This document shows, one piece after another, positions 1 through 32,200 of a stretch of 64,000 bases of DNA. Position numbers and translations under genes: made by a program. Positions within the stretch are counted from its first letter, which is position 1; every line of letters starts with the position of its first letter. The notes under the pieces are model-generated. The model was not told where the DNA came from, ran no database searches, and saw nothing but the letters and a program-made list of their open reading frames with translations. Source of the DNA: Macrostomum lignano (Eukaryota); NCBI GenBank assembly GCA_002269645.1, contig NIVC01002201.1, positions 30,008 through 94,007 on the forward strand, read 5' to 3'.

Positions 1-469
1 TGGGGGTGGAAAACATGGAGGGGGTATAGAAAAATTAGCTTCTTTAGCCGGGAAGAAGAAAGATAAAGGAGGATCAAGCGAAGGAATCGGGCATAGATAG
101 GATTTTGGATAGGCGGGCATGCCGGAGAAATAAGCCGCTGAGCATGCGGCTGGCGCATTCGAATGTTATTAAATTGAAATAATCCTCCCCCCCGCAGTCT
201 TGTGTTTCCGTATCGGGGCATTCTGTTTTGGTGCGCGTTCCCATGAATACGCGGATTGCTTTGGAGCGGAGATAATTAAAAAAATGTGTTGTTGTTTCTT
301 TTTTCGCTTTGCCTTTAATATATTTTTGTCTATTTTGTCACCGAATTCGAGCAATATGGGTTCTGCATCTTGGTGATAGTTCCGAGGTTATGTTTATAGT
401 GGTTAGATTTTGAAACTGTCGTAGTACACAGAAGAGTGAGATTTTGATTTTACCTTGTCCAGCTGGTTG

Positions 470-900
470 AGATTTTGTTTGAGGCTACCGTAGACAGCAA
501 GGGATGAGATTTTGAGGCTACCATAGACAGCAAGGGATGAGATTTTTAGGCTACCGTAGACAGCAAGGGATGAGATTTTGAGGCTACCGTAGACAGCAAG
601 GGATGAGATTTTGAGGCTACCATAGACAGCAAGGGATGAGATTTTGAGGCTACCGTAGGCAGCAAAGGGTGAGATTTTGAGGCTACCATAGACAGCAAGG
701 GATGAGATTTTGAGGCTACCGTAGGCAGCAAAGGGTGAGATTTTGAGGCTAAAATAGACAGCAAAGGGGTGAGATTTTGAGGCTACCGTAGGCAGCAAGG
801 GATAAGATTTTAATTTTTTTCCAGCAGGGGTGAGAGGCCACAACAGAAAGGGTGAGATTCTGAGGCTAACTCGTCCATCAGGGGTATATAATTTTGAGGC
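470..900. repeat. 33-bp minisatellite (GAGATTTTGAGGCTACCGTAGACAGCAAGGGAT)n, copy 1
   Basis: Direct tandem repeat, degenerate after ~830. Lies upstream of the PPP1R16 start exon, possibly in a 5'UTR intron (AG acceptors near 1028/1042). Confidence 0.95.
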
Positions 901-1103
901 ATCCGAATTTTAGTGTTCTCAATTATTTTATTGTAGAGAGTATGAACTACATGAGCATAAATTTGCGATGATAATGTCATGTTTCATGCTGCCCGCCTCC
1001 GCCTGTCGACCGTCGGGCGTTTAACAGTTTCTTCTTACTCAGCAGCGCAGCCTGTACTAAATCGGCCCAGTCCCCATCCTCTCCTCGGACCCGCCGCGGC
1101 AAG

Positions 1104-19756
<18,653 letters not shown>

Positions 19757-20029
19757 AGTTTGTGACAGGGGAACAACAAGGACCACTGTAGTATATCAGG
19801 ATGGTGCAATTTTTTTCGAGGCCTGTTTTCTAGAGCGGAGTTAGGAACAAAATCATTATTTGCATCACAAAATCTGTGATTAGACTAACAATCTTCGCCG
19901 CCCAATGAGGGACATCTGGATAGAATGCTTGTTCTTTACGAATAACAAATGGACAGCGAAATAAAGCCTTCATAAAAAAATAACAGACATTCCCTCTAAA
20001 AAACATTCCAAGACAGCACTCAAGCATCG

Positions 20030-20490
20030 ATCCCCAAATAGCAAGCAACCCCAGACTGCAAGCATCCCCCAGATAGCAAGCATCCCCCAGACTGCAAGCA
20101 TCCCCCAGATAGCAAGCATCCCCCAGATAGCAAGCATCCCCCAGACTGCAAGCATCCCCCAGACTGCAAGCATCCCCCAGATAGCAAGCATCCCCCAGAT
20201 AGCAAGCATCCCCCAGATAGCAAGCATCCCCCAGACTGCAAGCATCCCCCAGATAGCAAGCATCCCCCAGACTGCAAGCATCCCCCAGATAGCAAGCAAC
20301 CCCAGATAGCAAGCATCCCCCAGATAGCAAGCATCCCCCAGATAGCAAGCATCCCCCAGACCGCAAGCAACCCCAGATAGCAAGCATAACCTGGGATACA
20401 AAGAGACCTTATAGATATCTAGCAACCCCCTCTCAGATAGCAAGTTCCCTTCACCCCCAAGAGCAAGCATCTCCCAATAGCAAGTTAACC
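20030..20490. repeat. 18-bp minisatellite (GCAAGCATCCCCCAGATA)n
   Basis: Direct tandem repeat downstream of the PPP1R16 stop codon. Confidence 0.94.
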
Positions 20491-22020
20491 CGGTAGCAAG
20501 CATCCCTAAAATAAAACAAAATGAAAATAAAACTTTTACTTCGCAAATATATATAACACAACAGGGTAACATTTTTGTTCTAAAAAATCGACCTACAAAA
20601 AGAATTACACAATTGTTAAGAGTAGCGTACTAATATACTACTATTGGTCCCTGTCTGCATGAGCTCGCTCTGTCATTGTTGTTGCTTGTTCTAAGAAATC
20701 GTACCGCTTGGCTTTTTAATTGCTGTAATGTTATATGAATAAATTCTGCTTGGTAGCCCCTACACTTAGCGTCTTCCGCAGGTGGCTCATCCAGATTTCT
20801 ATGCGCGTGCGGTCACGGATAATGAAACCATAGAATACGTAAAATGCTCATTCAAACTACTATTTAGTTAATAAGTAGGCTCTGACGAGTATGCACTTAG
20901 ATAAATTTATTAGCCTGAATATCTGTCCATGGTTTCTGTGTCTGTGACTTCTGCTGCTGCTGAACATGAAACAAATATAGGACCAATGCTAGCTAATTCG
21001 ATGTATTAGATATGGATATGCATATTTTCATCTGTCTATATGTATTTGCAGATGCTGAAATATACTTATTTATCGTTTTACACACAGATATGATGATTGT
21101 AGACTGTCTTTATTTTGACTCGCGTAAAACAAACAAAAACAGTTATGATTATGATTTATGATTAGGATTATTATTAGTGAGAAAATATTTCACTGTCTAC
21201 TGCCTCAGTAGCAAGTTAAAGGACTTGGTTATCATCTGTTATATAATGTTGTATTCATTTTTTACCCAGAAAAGAACTTTCCGCGCACCATTTTCGCATT
21301 ATACTACTTATTTTATACGCCCCGCGAGTAAAAAAACGTGTATAGAGCATTGTTTTAAATTTAGCTTTGATTCTGCAACAATGTCAATTTCTTATGACCA
21401 AAATTATGTAAAGTACACAGTGTTTTTTATTATTATTCAAATTATTGGTTAATTTTTTGTCATCGAATTGCAAGCCGCGCATACGCGCAAGATGCTACTT
21501 ATCCTAGTAGGAAGTGGCGAATCTTTTTTCCGCATAGAAATACTATATTATTTATGAATTACTATGCTAAAATATAGACAGCTTGTCAGATCTCAATGTG
21601 TTTGGCGCCAGTGCACCTGTTGTTCTTAAATTGCCTCTTCAAATTTTGTAGCTAACTGCGAAGCCTAAAAGTATGCTTTTGTTATACCTTTTACATTTTA
21701 TATAATTCCGCTATACTCCAGCCCGTCACTTGCTATTTTTTCACTTGCATGTGTTTTCTGTCGGCCAACTTCACAACTCCTTTGGATTCCCAGCTGTGGG
21801 GCTCGGCAGGCGGGTGGGGCGCCCCATTTGCCCCTCATTTTATGCATATTTTATCTGTGCGATAATATACGGTTAGGTCCACACGGTGGTGCCTCAAATA
21901 TTGGCGCATCATTTCAGCATTGCACTGTCATCCTTGCAGCTTTAGCTGCTCATCACATTGGTGACGCTAACCCGGCGCCAAGATGGTCTTGCTGCTGCCT
22001 TTCTTTCCTGCCATTTTGAC

Positions 22021-22848
22021 ACCCCAGCTGCTGGGCCAGCCTCTCACATCCTCAGTTTCTGGGCCAGCCTCCCAGATCCTCAGTTGCTGGGCCAGCCTCC
22101 CAGATCCTCAGTTGCTGGGCCAGCCTCCCAGATCCTCAGTTGCTGGGCCAGCCTCCCAGATCCTCAGTTGCTGGGCCAGCCTCCCACATCCTCAGTTGCT
22201 GGGCCAGCCTCCCACATCCTCAGTTGCTGGGCCAGCCTCCCAGATCCTCAGCTGCTGGGCCAGCCTCCCAGATCCTCAGTTGCTGGGCCAGCCTCCCACA
22301 TCCTCAGCTGCTGGGCCAGCCTCCCAGATCCTCAGCTGCTGGGCCAGCCTCTCAGATCCTCAGCTGCTGGGCCAGCCTCCCACATCCTCAGTTTCTGGGC
22401 CAGCCTCCCACATCCTCAGTTTCTGGGCCAGCCTCCCACATCCTCAGTTGCTGGGCCAGCCTACCACATCCTCAGTTGCTGGGCCAGCCTCCCACATCCT
22501 CAGTTTCCTGGCCAGCCTCCCACCTCCTCAGTTGCTGGGCCAGCCTCCCAGATCCTCAGTTGCTGGGCCAGCCTCCCACATCCTCAGTTGCTGGGCCAGC
22601 CTACCACATCCTCAGTTTCTGGGCCAGCCTCCCACATCCTCAGTTGCTGGGCCAGCCTCCCAGATCCTCAGTTGCTGGGCCAGCCTCCCAGATCCTCAGT
22701 TGCTGGGCCAGCCTCCCAGATCCTCAGTTGCTGGGTCAGCCTCCCAGATCCTCAGCTGCTGGGCCAGCCTCCCACATCCTCAGTTGCTGGGCCAGCCTCC
22801 CAGATCCTCAGTTGCTGGGCCAGCCTCCCAGATCCTCAGCTGCTGGCT
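22021..22848. repeat. 28-bp minisatellite, copy 2 (same unit as 11478-12235)
   Basis: ~29 units, same orientation, ending ~190 nt upstream of the ATG at 23035. Confidence 0.96.
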
Positions 22849-23034
22849 CGGTAGCTTGTCTCATTGGTCAGTTGGCATTTAGCCAATTAGAAGGAGCCTA
22901 GAGCACGTTACACACGTGACGCTGCTAAGATAAATAGCCCAACTTTTACGTTAAAGCAGGCAGTTGAAGAAGTCAGTATTAGTCGAACTTCTAAAAAGAG
23001 AAAGAAGCTGTAACGAGCACTCTGAAGCAAAATT

Positions 23035-26000
23035 ATGTCTGATACTTCTAAATATTATTGGCTGTTGTTGCTTTTTCTGCTCGGCATGACTCAAGCAGCC
23101 GAAGCAGCAGCAGCAAATGCCAACGAGGCAGATGTTGTCGGCCAGCTAGACGAGTCGGAGGTCGCAACCGACCAGCGCGTCGTGGCCAGGCGCATTCAGA
23201 TTTTACTGCGCCGAAAGCGCAGCAGCGGCCTCTCATTGCGCGAGCTGAATGACACCTTCGTGCCCAGGGTGCTGGGCGAGCTGCAGTCGCAGGCGCGCCG
23301 ATTCCACCTGACCACTTGCGCTGATAGCGAGCGAAACGACGGCGGCGGAGTCTGCGTTCGGTTCAGGGTTGAGTACCCAACTGCCTCTGAGTGGCGCGGT
23401 GAGCTGAACTGCTCTTTGCAAAGTGCTTGCTAGCAGACTTAAATTTCCGCTGGCAAAATTTGTACGCACACTTTAGGGTGTACATGTAGCTTGAGCACAC
23501 TTCAGGGAGTACATGTAGGTTGAGCAAACTTCAGGGTGTACATGTAGGTTGAGCACACTTCAGGGTGTACATGTAGGTTGAGCACACTTCAGGGTGTACA
23601 TGTAGGTTGAGCACACTTCAGGGTGTACATGTAGGTTGAGCACACTTCAGGGTGTACATGTAGGGTTGAGCACACTTCAGGGTGTACATGTAGGGTTGAG
23701 AGCACAGTTCAGGGTGTGGGATGAGAGCACAGTTAAGGGTGTGGGATGAGAGCAAGTTCAGGGTGTGAAATAAGAGCACAGTTAAGGGTGTGGGATGAGA
23801 GCAAGTTCAGGGTGTGAAATAAGAGCACAGTTAAGGGTGTGGGATGAGAGCAAGTTCAGGGTGTGAAATAAGAGCACAGTTAAGGGTGTGGGATGAGAGC
23901 ACAGTTCAGGGTGTGGGATGAGAGCACAGTTCAGGGTGTGGGATGAGAGCACAGTTCAGGGTGTGGGATGAGAGCACAGTTAAGGGTGTGGGATGAGAGC
24001 AAGTTCAGGGTGTGAAATAAGAGCACAGTTAAGGGTGTGGGATGAGAGCACAGTTCAGGGTGTGGGATGAGAGCACAGTTCAGGGTGTGGGATGAGAGCA
24101 CAGTTCAGGGTGTGGGATGAGAGCACAGTTCAGGGTGTGGGATGAGAGCACAGTTCAGGGTGTGGGATGAGAGCACAGTTCAGGGTGTGGGATGAGAGCA
24201 CAGTTCAGGGTGTGGGATGAGAGCACAGTTCAGGGTGGTTGGTTTAGGTTAGGGCTTTTGTGTCTCCCTTCATGGTAACTTCAGTAGACTCTGAAGAGAA
24301 GACTCTGAACAAGAAGTTTTTCTAAGTGCAAGAACTCTATCAAATAGGAACTTCATGTTTATTGGTAATTTTGTTAGATTTTTAATTTCTGAATTTCGCT
24401 ACCAATTGGACTGGACTAACCGCTGCCACTTTTCTCAAACAGTCCATATCTCTTCACAAGGTATCAGATTTCCACATGGGTGCCTGCTACCTGCCCGCCT
24501 GCTCGGAATTTGCATTAAATTAGTCAGTGCCTACCTGGCACAGCCTGGCCGCCGTCAGGTGCGGGCGGAGTTGCTTCTTATTTAATTTATTCGCAATCGG
24601 CCACTCTCCAGGCAGTGGCTGCGGTTGAATATTCAAATCATGCCCATCTAATCAAGATAAATAAGTCAGCTGCACTCTTTCGAGCTAGCTGTTTCCTAGA
24701 AAGTGGTTGGTTGCTTCTCAATAAGCGCGTGTGTGCGTTCGAATGTCTTAATCATATTTCAGCGAATAATGGATGCCTTATTTATTAAAAGCATAAACTA
24801 TTATCAGTTTGCAAACCTTTATATTCAATTCTGATGCGCTCCAATGGCGCTAAAATGCGCGTTTAATATGTTCACCACTAGCCAGCAGCCCCTATGCATG
24901 CAATCCACCCCGACAACAGAGCTGCGGGTGGCCGCTCTGCTGCTGCGGCCGCCGGCCAGCCAGCCGGAGCCGGGCGAACTGCGCGCCTTCGCCAACCTGG
25001 CCGAGGACCGCCTGCGCTCGGTGGAGGGCCTCGACAGCCACTTCGAAGTTACCGCCTTCTGGCGAAACGGCGCCAGCGGCGGTGGCACCGACGGCGTCAC
25101 CAAAAATGGCAACGGCAACGGCGGCATCTGGCTCTTCGACTTCGGCGATGGTGGAGGCGGCGGCGGCGGCGGCGGCGGCGGCCCAAGGCTGCTCAGAGCG
25201 GCTTTACCGGCCGCAGCCGCCGCCGCAGCGGCCCTTGCCCTGGCTGGCCTGCTGGCGCGCCATCTGCGGCGCCGGCGCCGACTTCAACAACGCCGCCTTC
25301 AGCAGAGCCGTCGCCGCTGCCGACTATGGAGCGTCGAGACCGCGTCCACCTGGGTTGAAGATGGCGACTCCGGCACCGTCAGGAGCGGCGACTCCTCCGA
25401 CTCCGAGGCCGAGCCGCCCAGCCGCCCCATCCGCTTCCGCGGCAGCTCCGACCGGCCGTTCGTTGACGCCTCCGACGCCGCCGCCAAGTTCGCCAGCCTG
25501 GTCGGCCTGCCGCCGCTGGTCGCCCCAGCCGCCGCTACCCCCGACTTCCAGACCGTCGCGAGCCTGGAGCCCTGGTGGCCGCACGGCTTCGCCCTGGTTT
25601 CGGCGAACGCCGAGCCGACGGCTCTTCTGGCCGGACTGTGGGAGGCCAACTGCACCGTGGTGTGCAGCCTGCGGCCCGCGGCCACCGGCCTCGACGACAG
25701 CGGCGGCGGCCAGTTCCGGCTGTGGGGTCTCCGCGCCTCCTGCCACCCGAGCCACACGCTGCGCTACCTGAGCCTGGCCTGCCTGGACTCCAACCTGATG
25801 AAGCGCCTCACCCTATGCAGCTTCACCGCCGCCTGGGACCCGGCCTCCGGCCTGCCGCTCGGCCGGGCCAACTTCGTCCGGTTCGGCGTCGCCTGCGCCG
25901 CAGCGCTGGCCGCTGCGCCCGACTCCGCCAGGGCGGCCTTCATCGGCCCTGGGCCCGGGCTGGCCGGCTCCGCCCTGCTGCCAGCCTTCCTGGCCGCTGC

Positions 26001-26166
26001 CGCCGAGGTTCGACGTAGCCGCAGCTGCGACCTGCTCCGGCTGATCGGCCGGCTGCGCAGGCGGTGCCCGGCTGCCGCGGCCGCCGAGCTGGGACCCCGG
26101 CAGTACGTGTTCCTGCTGGAGTGCCTGCACCTGTACGCCTACCTGCTGCGCCAGAGCGTGCTGTAG
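23035..26166 (+). CDS. Receptor-type protein-tyrosine-phosphatase-like pseudophosphatase (signal peptide, short ectodomain, single TM, degenerate PTP domain), ~560 aa
   Basis: Preferred model join(23035..23398,24528..24558,24882..26166) = 1680 nt; alternative middle exon 24461..24558 joined to 24886. Signal peptide (YYWLLLLFLLGMTQA), RRKR site, Ala/Leu TM followed by RHLRRRRR. PTP-like remnants LWEANCTVVCSL, SFTAAWDPASGLP, FIGPGPGLAGSALL, DLLRLIGRLRRRCP and RQYVFLLECL occur in PTP order. The domain call is by eye. Confidence 0.72.
23470..24236. repeat. Compound minisatellite: 29-bp (GAGCACACTTCAGGGTGTACATGTAGGTT) then 25-bp (GAGAGCACAGTTCAGGGTGTGGGAT)
   Basis: Intron 1 of the PTP-like gene; unit switches at ~23700. 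Confidence 0.95.
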
Positions 26167-26283
26167 TTGCTGTGGGCAGCTCAGCTGAATTCAATCAGCT
26201 CGACTATTCAACATCGCGTCGTATTGCATAATTTTCATTGATTTTGAGAATTATTTCAATGTCTCACAATATGAGTCAGACTC

Positions 26284-29200
26284 TGGAGGGGAGACTGGGA
26301 GACTGGGAGAGAGGGAAAATGGGAGAGTGGTAGAGACTGGGAGAGTGAGAGACTGGGAGAGTGGGAGAGTGACTGGGAGAGTGAGAGACTGGGAGAGTGA
26401 GAGACTGGGAGAGTGAGAGACTGGGAGAGTGAGAGACTGGGAGAGTGAGAGACTGGGAGAGTGAGAGACTGGGAGAGTGAGAGACTGGGAGAGTGAGAGA
26501 CTGGGAGAGTGAGAGACTGGGAGAGTGAGAGACTGGGAGAGTGAGAGACTGGGAGAGTGAGAGACTGGGAGAGTGAGAGACTGGGAGAGTGAGAGACTGG
26601 GAGAGTGAGAGACTGGGAGAGTGAGAGACTGGGAGAGTGGGAGAGTGACTGGGAGAGTGAGAGACTGGGAGAGTGAGAGACTGGGAGAGGGAGAGACTGG
26701 GAGAGTGAGAGACTGGGAGAGTGGGAGAGTGACTGGGAGAGTGAGAGACTGGGAGAGTGAGACTGGGAGAGTGGGAGACTGGGAGAGTGAGAGACTGGGA
26801 GAGTGGGAGAGTGAGAGACTGGGAGAGTGAGAGACTGGGAGAGTGAGACACTGAGAGAGTTAGAGTGAGAGACTGGGAGAGTGAGAGACTGGGAGAGTGA
26901 GAGACTGGGAGAGTGAGAGACTGGGAGAGTGAGAGACTGGGAGAGTGGGAGAGTGACTGGGAGAGTGAGAGACTGGGAGAGTGAGAGACTGGGAGAGTAA
27001 GAGACTGGGAGAGTGAGAGACTGGGAGAGTGGGAGAGTGACTGGGAGAGTGGGAGACTGGGAGAGTGAGAGACTGGGAGAGTGAGAGACTGGGAGAGTGA
27101 GAGACTGGGAGAGTGAGAGACTGGGAGAGTGAGAGACTGGGAGAGTGAGAGACTGGGAGAGTGAGAGACTGGGAGAGTGGGAGAGTGACTGGGAGAGTGA
27201 GAGACTGGGAGAGTGGGAGAGTGACTGGGAGAGTGAGAGACTGGGAGAGTGGGAGAGTGACTGGGAGAGTGAGAGACTGGGAGAGTGGGAGAGTGACTGG
27301 GAGAGTAAGGGACTGGGAGAGTGAGACTGGAAGAGTGGGAGACTGGGAGAGTGAGAGACTGGGAGAGTGGGAGAGTGACTGGGAGAGTGAGAGACTGGGA
27401 GAGTGAGACACTGGGAGAGTTAGAGTGAGAGACTGGGAGAGTGAGAGACTGGGAGAGTGAGACACTGGGAGAGTGAGAGACTGGGAGAGTGGGAGAGTGA
27501 CTGGGAGAGTGAGAGACTGGGAGAGTGAGACTGGGAGAGTGGGAGACTGGGAGAGTGAGAGACTGGGAGAGTGGGAGAGTGACTGGGAGAGTGAGAGACT
27601 GGGAGAGTGGGAGAGTGACTGGGAGAGTGAGAGACTGGGAGAGTGAGAGACTGGGAGAGTGAGAGACTGGGAGAGTGAGAGACTGGGAGAGTGGGAGAGT
27701 GACTGGGAGAGTGAGAGACTGGGAGAGTGAGAGACTGGGAGAGTGAGAGACTGGGAGAGTGAGAGACTGGGAGAGTGGGAGAGTGACTGGGAGAGTGAGA
27801 GACTGGGAGAGTGGGAGAGTGACTGGGAGAGTGAGAGACTGGGAGAGTGAGACTGGGAGAGTGGGAGACTGGGAGAGTGAGAGACTGGGAGAGTGGGAGA
27901 GTGACTGGGAGAGTGAGAGACTGGGAGAGTGAGACTGGGAGAGTGGGAGACTGGGAGAGTGAGAGACTGGGAGAGTGGGAGAGTGACTGGGAGAGTGAGA
28001 GACTGGGAGAGTGAGAGACTGGGAGAGTGAGACACTGGGAGAGTTAGAGTGAGAGACTGGGAGAGTGAGAGACTGGGAGAGTGGGAGAGTGACTGGGAGA
28101 GTGAGAGACTGGGAGAGTGAGACTGGGAGAGTGGGAGACTGGGAGAGTGAGAGACTGGGAGAGTGGGAGAGTGACTGGGAGAGTGAGAGACTGGGAGAGT
28201 GAGAGACTGGGAGAGTGAGACACTGGAAGAGTTAGAGTGAGAGACTGGGAGAGTGAGAGACTGGGAGAGTGAGACACTGGGAGAGTGAGAGACTGGGAGA
28301 GTGGGAGAGTGACTGGGAGAGTGAGAGACTGGGAGAGTGAGACTGGGAGAGTGGGAGACTGGGAGAGTGAGAGACTGGGAGAGTGGGAGAGTGACTGGGA
28401 GAGTGAGATACTGGGAGAGTGGGAGAGTGACTGGGAGAGTGAGATACTGGGAGAGTGGGAGAGTGACTGGGAGAGTGAGAGACTGGGAGAGTGAGACACT
28501 GGGAGAGTGAGAGACTGGGAGAGTGGGAGAGTGACTGGGAGAGTGAGAGACTGGGAGAGTGAGAGACTGGGAGAGTGAGACACTGGGAGAGTTAGAGTGA
28601 GAGACTGGGAGAGTGAGAGACTGGGAGAGTGAGACACTGGGAGAGTGAGAGACTGGGAGAGTGGGAGAGTGACTGGGAGAGTGAGAGACTGGGAGAGTGA
28701 GACTGGAGAGTGGGAGACTGGGAGAGTGAGAGACTGGGAGAGTGGGAGAGTGACTGGGAGAGTGAGAGACTGGGAGAGTGAGAGACTGGGAGAGTGGGAG
28801 AGTGACTGGGAGAGTGAGAGACTGGGAGAGTGAGACACTGGGAGAGTGAGACACTGGGAGAGTGAGAGACTGGGAGAGTGGGAGAGTGACTGGGAGAGTG
28901 AGAGACTGGGAGAGTGAGACTGGGAGAGTGGGAGACTGGGAGAGTGAGAGACTGGGAGAGTGAGACACTGGGAGAGTGAGAGACTGGGAGAGAGACTGGG
29001 AGAGTTAGAGTGAGAGACTGGGAGAGAGACTGGGAGACTGGGAGAGTGAGACACTGGGAGAGTGAGAGACTGGGAGAGTGGGAGAGTGGGAGAGTGAGAC
29101 ACTGGGAGAGTGAGAGACTGGGAGAGTGACTGGGAGAGTGAGAGACTGGGAGAGTGAGAGACTGGGAGAGTGAGAGACTGGGAGAGTGGGAGAGTGACTG

Positions 29201-32200
29201 GGAGAGTGGGAGAGACTGGGAGAGAGTGGGAGAGTGGGAGAGACTGGGAGAGTGAGAGACTGGGAGAGAGACTGGGAGAGTGGGAGACTGAGAGAATGAG
29301 ACTGGGAGAGAGACTGGGAGACTGGGAGAGAGAGTGGGAGTGGGAGAGTGGGAGACTGGGAGAGAGTGGGAGTGGGAGAGTGGGAGACTGGGAGAGAGTG
29401 GGAGTGGGAGAGTGGGAGACTGGGAGAGTGAGACACTGGAAGAGTTAGAGTGAGAGACTGGGAGAGTGAGAGACTGGGAGAGTGAGACACTGGGAGAGTG
29501 AGAGACTGGGAGAGTGGGAGAGTGACTGGGAGAGTGAGAGACTGGGAGAGTGAGACTGGGAGAGTGGGAGACTGGGAGAGTGAGAGACTGGGAGAGTGGG
29601 AGAGTGACTGGGAGAGTGAGAGACTGGGAGAGTGGGAGAGTGACTGGGAGAGTGAGAGACTGGGAGAGTGAGACACTGGGAGAGTGAGAGACTGGGAGAG
29701 TGGGAGAGTAACTGGGAGAGTGAGACTGGGAGAGTGGGAGACTGGGAGAGTGAGAGACTGGGAGAGTGGGAGAGTGACTGGGAGAGTGAGAGACTGGGAG
29801 AGTGAGACTGGGAGAGTGGGAGACTGGGAGAGTGAGAGACTGGGAGAGTGGGAGAGTGACTGGGAGAGTGAGAGACTGGGAGAGTGAGAGACTGGGAGAG
29901 TGAGACACTGGGAGAGTTAGAGTGAGAGACTGGGAGAGTGAGAGACTGGGAGAGTGGGAGAGTGACTGGGAGAGTGAGAGACTGGGAGAGTGAGACTGGG
30001 AGAGTGGGAGACTGGGAGAGTGAGAGACTGGGAGAGTGAGAGACTGGGAGAGTGAGAGACTGGGAGAGTGAGAGACTGGGAGAGTGAGAGACTGGGAGAG
30101 TGGGAGAGTGACTGGGAGAGTGAGAGACTGGGAGAGTGAGACACTGGAAGAGTTAGAGTGAGAGACTGGGAGAGTGAGAGACTGGGAGAGTGAGACACTG
30201 GGAGAGTGAGAGACTGGGAGAGTGGGAGAGTGACTGGGAGAGTGAGAGACTGGGAGAGTGAGACTGGGAGAGTGAGAGACTGGGAGAGTGGGAGAGTGAC
30301 TGGGAGAGTGAGAGACTGGGAGAGTGAGAGACTGGGAGAGTGAGACACTGGGAGAGTGAGAGACTGGGAGAGTGGGAGAGTGACTGGGAGAGTGAGAGAC
30401 TGGGAGAGTGAGACTGGGAGAGTGGGAGACTGGGAGAGTGAGAGACTGGGAGAGTGGGAGAGTGACTGGGAGAGTGAGAGACTGGGAGAGTGAGACTGGG
30501 AGAGTGGGAGACTGGGAGAGTGAGAGACTGGGAGAGTGAGACACTGGGAGAGTTAGAGTGAGAGACTGGGAGAGTGAGACACTGGGAGAGTGAGAGACTG
30601 GGAGAGTGGGAGAGTGACTGGGAGAGTGAGAGACTGGGAGAGTGAGACTGGGAGAGTGGGAGACTGGGAGAGTGAGAGACTGGGAGAGTGAGACACTGGA
30701 GAGTGAGAGACTGGGAGAGAGACTGGGAGAGTTAGAGTGAGAGACTGGGAGAGAGACTGGGAGAGTGAGAGACTGGAGAGTGAGACACTGGGAGAGTGAG
30801 ACACTGGGAGAGTGAGAGACTGGGAGAGTGGGAGAGTGGGAGAGTGAGACACTGGGAGAGTGAGAGACTGGGAGAGTGACTGGGAGAGTGAGAGACTGGG
30901 AGAGTGAGAGACTGGAGAGTGGGAGACTGGGAGAGTGAGAGACTGGGAGAGTGGGAGAGTGACTGGGAGAGTGAGAGACTGGGAGAGTGGGAGAGTGACT
31001 GGGAGAGTGAGAGACTGGGAGAGTGAGACTGGGAGAGTGGGAGACTGGGAGAGTGAGAGACTGGGAGAGTGAGACACTGGGAGAGTTAGAGTGAGAGACT
31101 GGGAGAGTGAGACACTGGGAGAGTGAGAGACTGGGAGAGTGGGAGAGTGACTGGGAGAGTGAGAGACTGGGAGAGTGAGACTGGGAGAGTGGGAGACTGG
31201 GAGAGTGAGAGACTGGAGAGTGAGACACTGGGAGAGTGAGAGACTGGGAGAGAGACTGGGAGAGTTAGAGTGAGAGACTGGGAGAGAGACTGGGAGAGTG
31301 AGAGACTGGGAGAGTGAGACACTGGGAGAGTGAGACACTGGGAGAGTGAGAGACTGGGAGAGTGGGAGAGTGGGAGAGTGAGACACTGGGAGAGTGAGAG
31401 ACTGGGAGAGTGACTGGGAGAGTGAGAGACTGGGAGAGTGAGAGACTGGGAGAGTGAGAGACTGGGAGAGTGGGAGAGTGACTGGGAGAGTGGGAGAGAC
31501 TGGGAGAGAGTGGGAGAGTGGGAGAGACTGGGAGAGTGAGAGACTGGGAGAGAGACTGGGAGAGTGGGAGACTGAGAGAATGAGACTGGGAGAGAGACTG
31601 GGAGACTGGGAGAGAGAGTGGGGGAGTGGGAGACTGAGAGAATGAGACTGGGAGAGAGACTGGGAGACTGGGAGAGAGAGTGGGAGAGTGGGAGACTGAG
31701 AGAATGAGACTGGGAGAGAGACTGGGAGAGTGAGAGACTGGGAGAGTGAGAGACTGGGAGAGTGAGAGACTGGGAGAGTGAGAGACTGGGAGAGTGAGAG
31801 ACTGGGAGAGTGGGAGAGTGACTGGGAGAGTGAGAGACTGGGAGAGTGAGAGACTGGGAGAGTGAGAGACTGGGAGAGTGAGAGACTGGGAGAGTGGGAG
31901 AGTGACTGGGAGAGTGAGAGACTGGGAGAGTGAGACTGGGAGAGTGGGAGACTGGGAGAGTGAGAGACTGGAGAGTGGGAGAGTGAGAGACTGGGAGAGT
32001 GAGAGACTGGGAGAGTGAGACACTGAGAGAGTTAGAGTGAGAGACTGGGAGAGTGAGAGACTGGGAGAGTGAGAGACTGGGAGAGTGAGAGACTGGGAGA
32101 GTGAGAGACTGGGAGAGTGAGAGACTGGGAGAGTGGGAGAGTGACTGGGAGAGTGAGAGACTGGGAGAGTGAGAGACTGGGAGAGTAAGAGACTGGGAGA

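Noticed and set aside
20771-20840. Possible extra exon downstream of PPP1R16 (CCGCAG...GTAAAA)
   Set aside because: Lies after the CaaX stop and has no coding support; at most a UTR exon and cannot be supported from sequence.
24825-26194. Overlapping antisense and alternative-frame ORFs over the PTP-like exon
   Set aside because: Expected shadow ORFs of very GC-rich coding sequence; no motifs.
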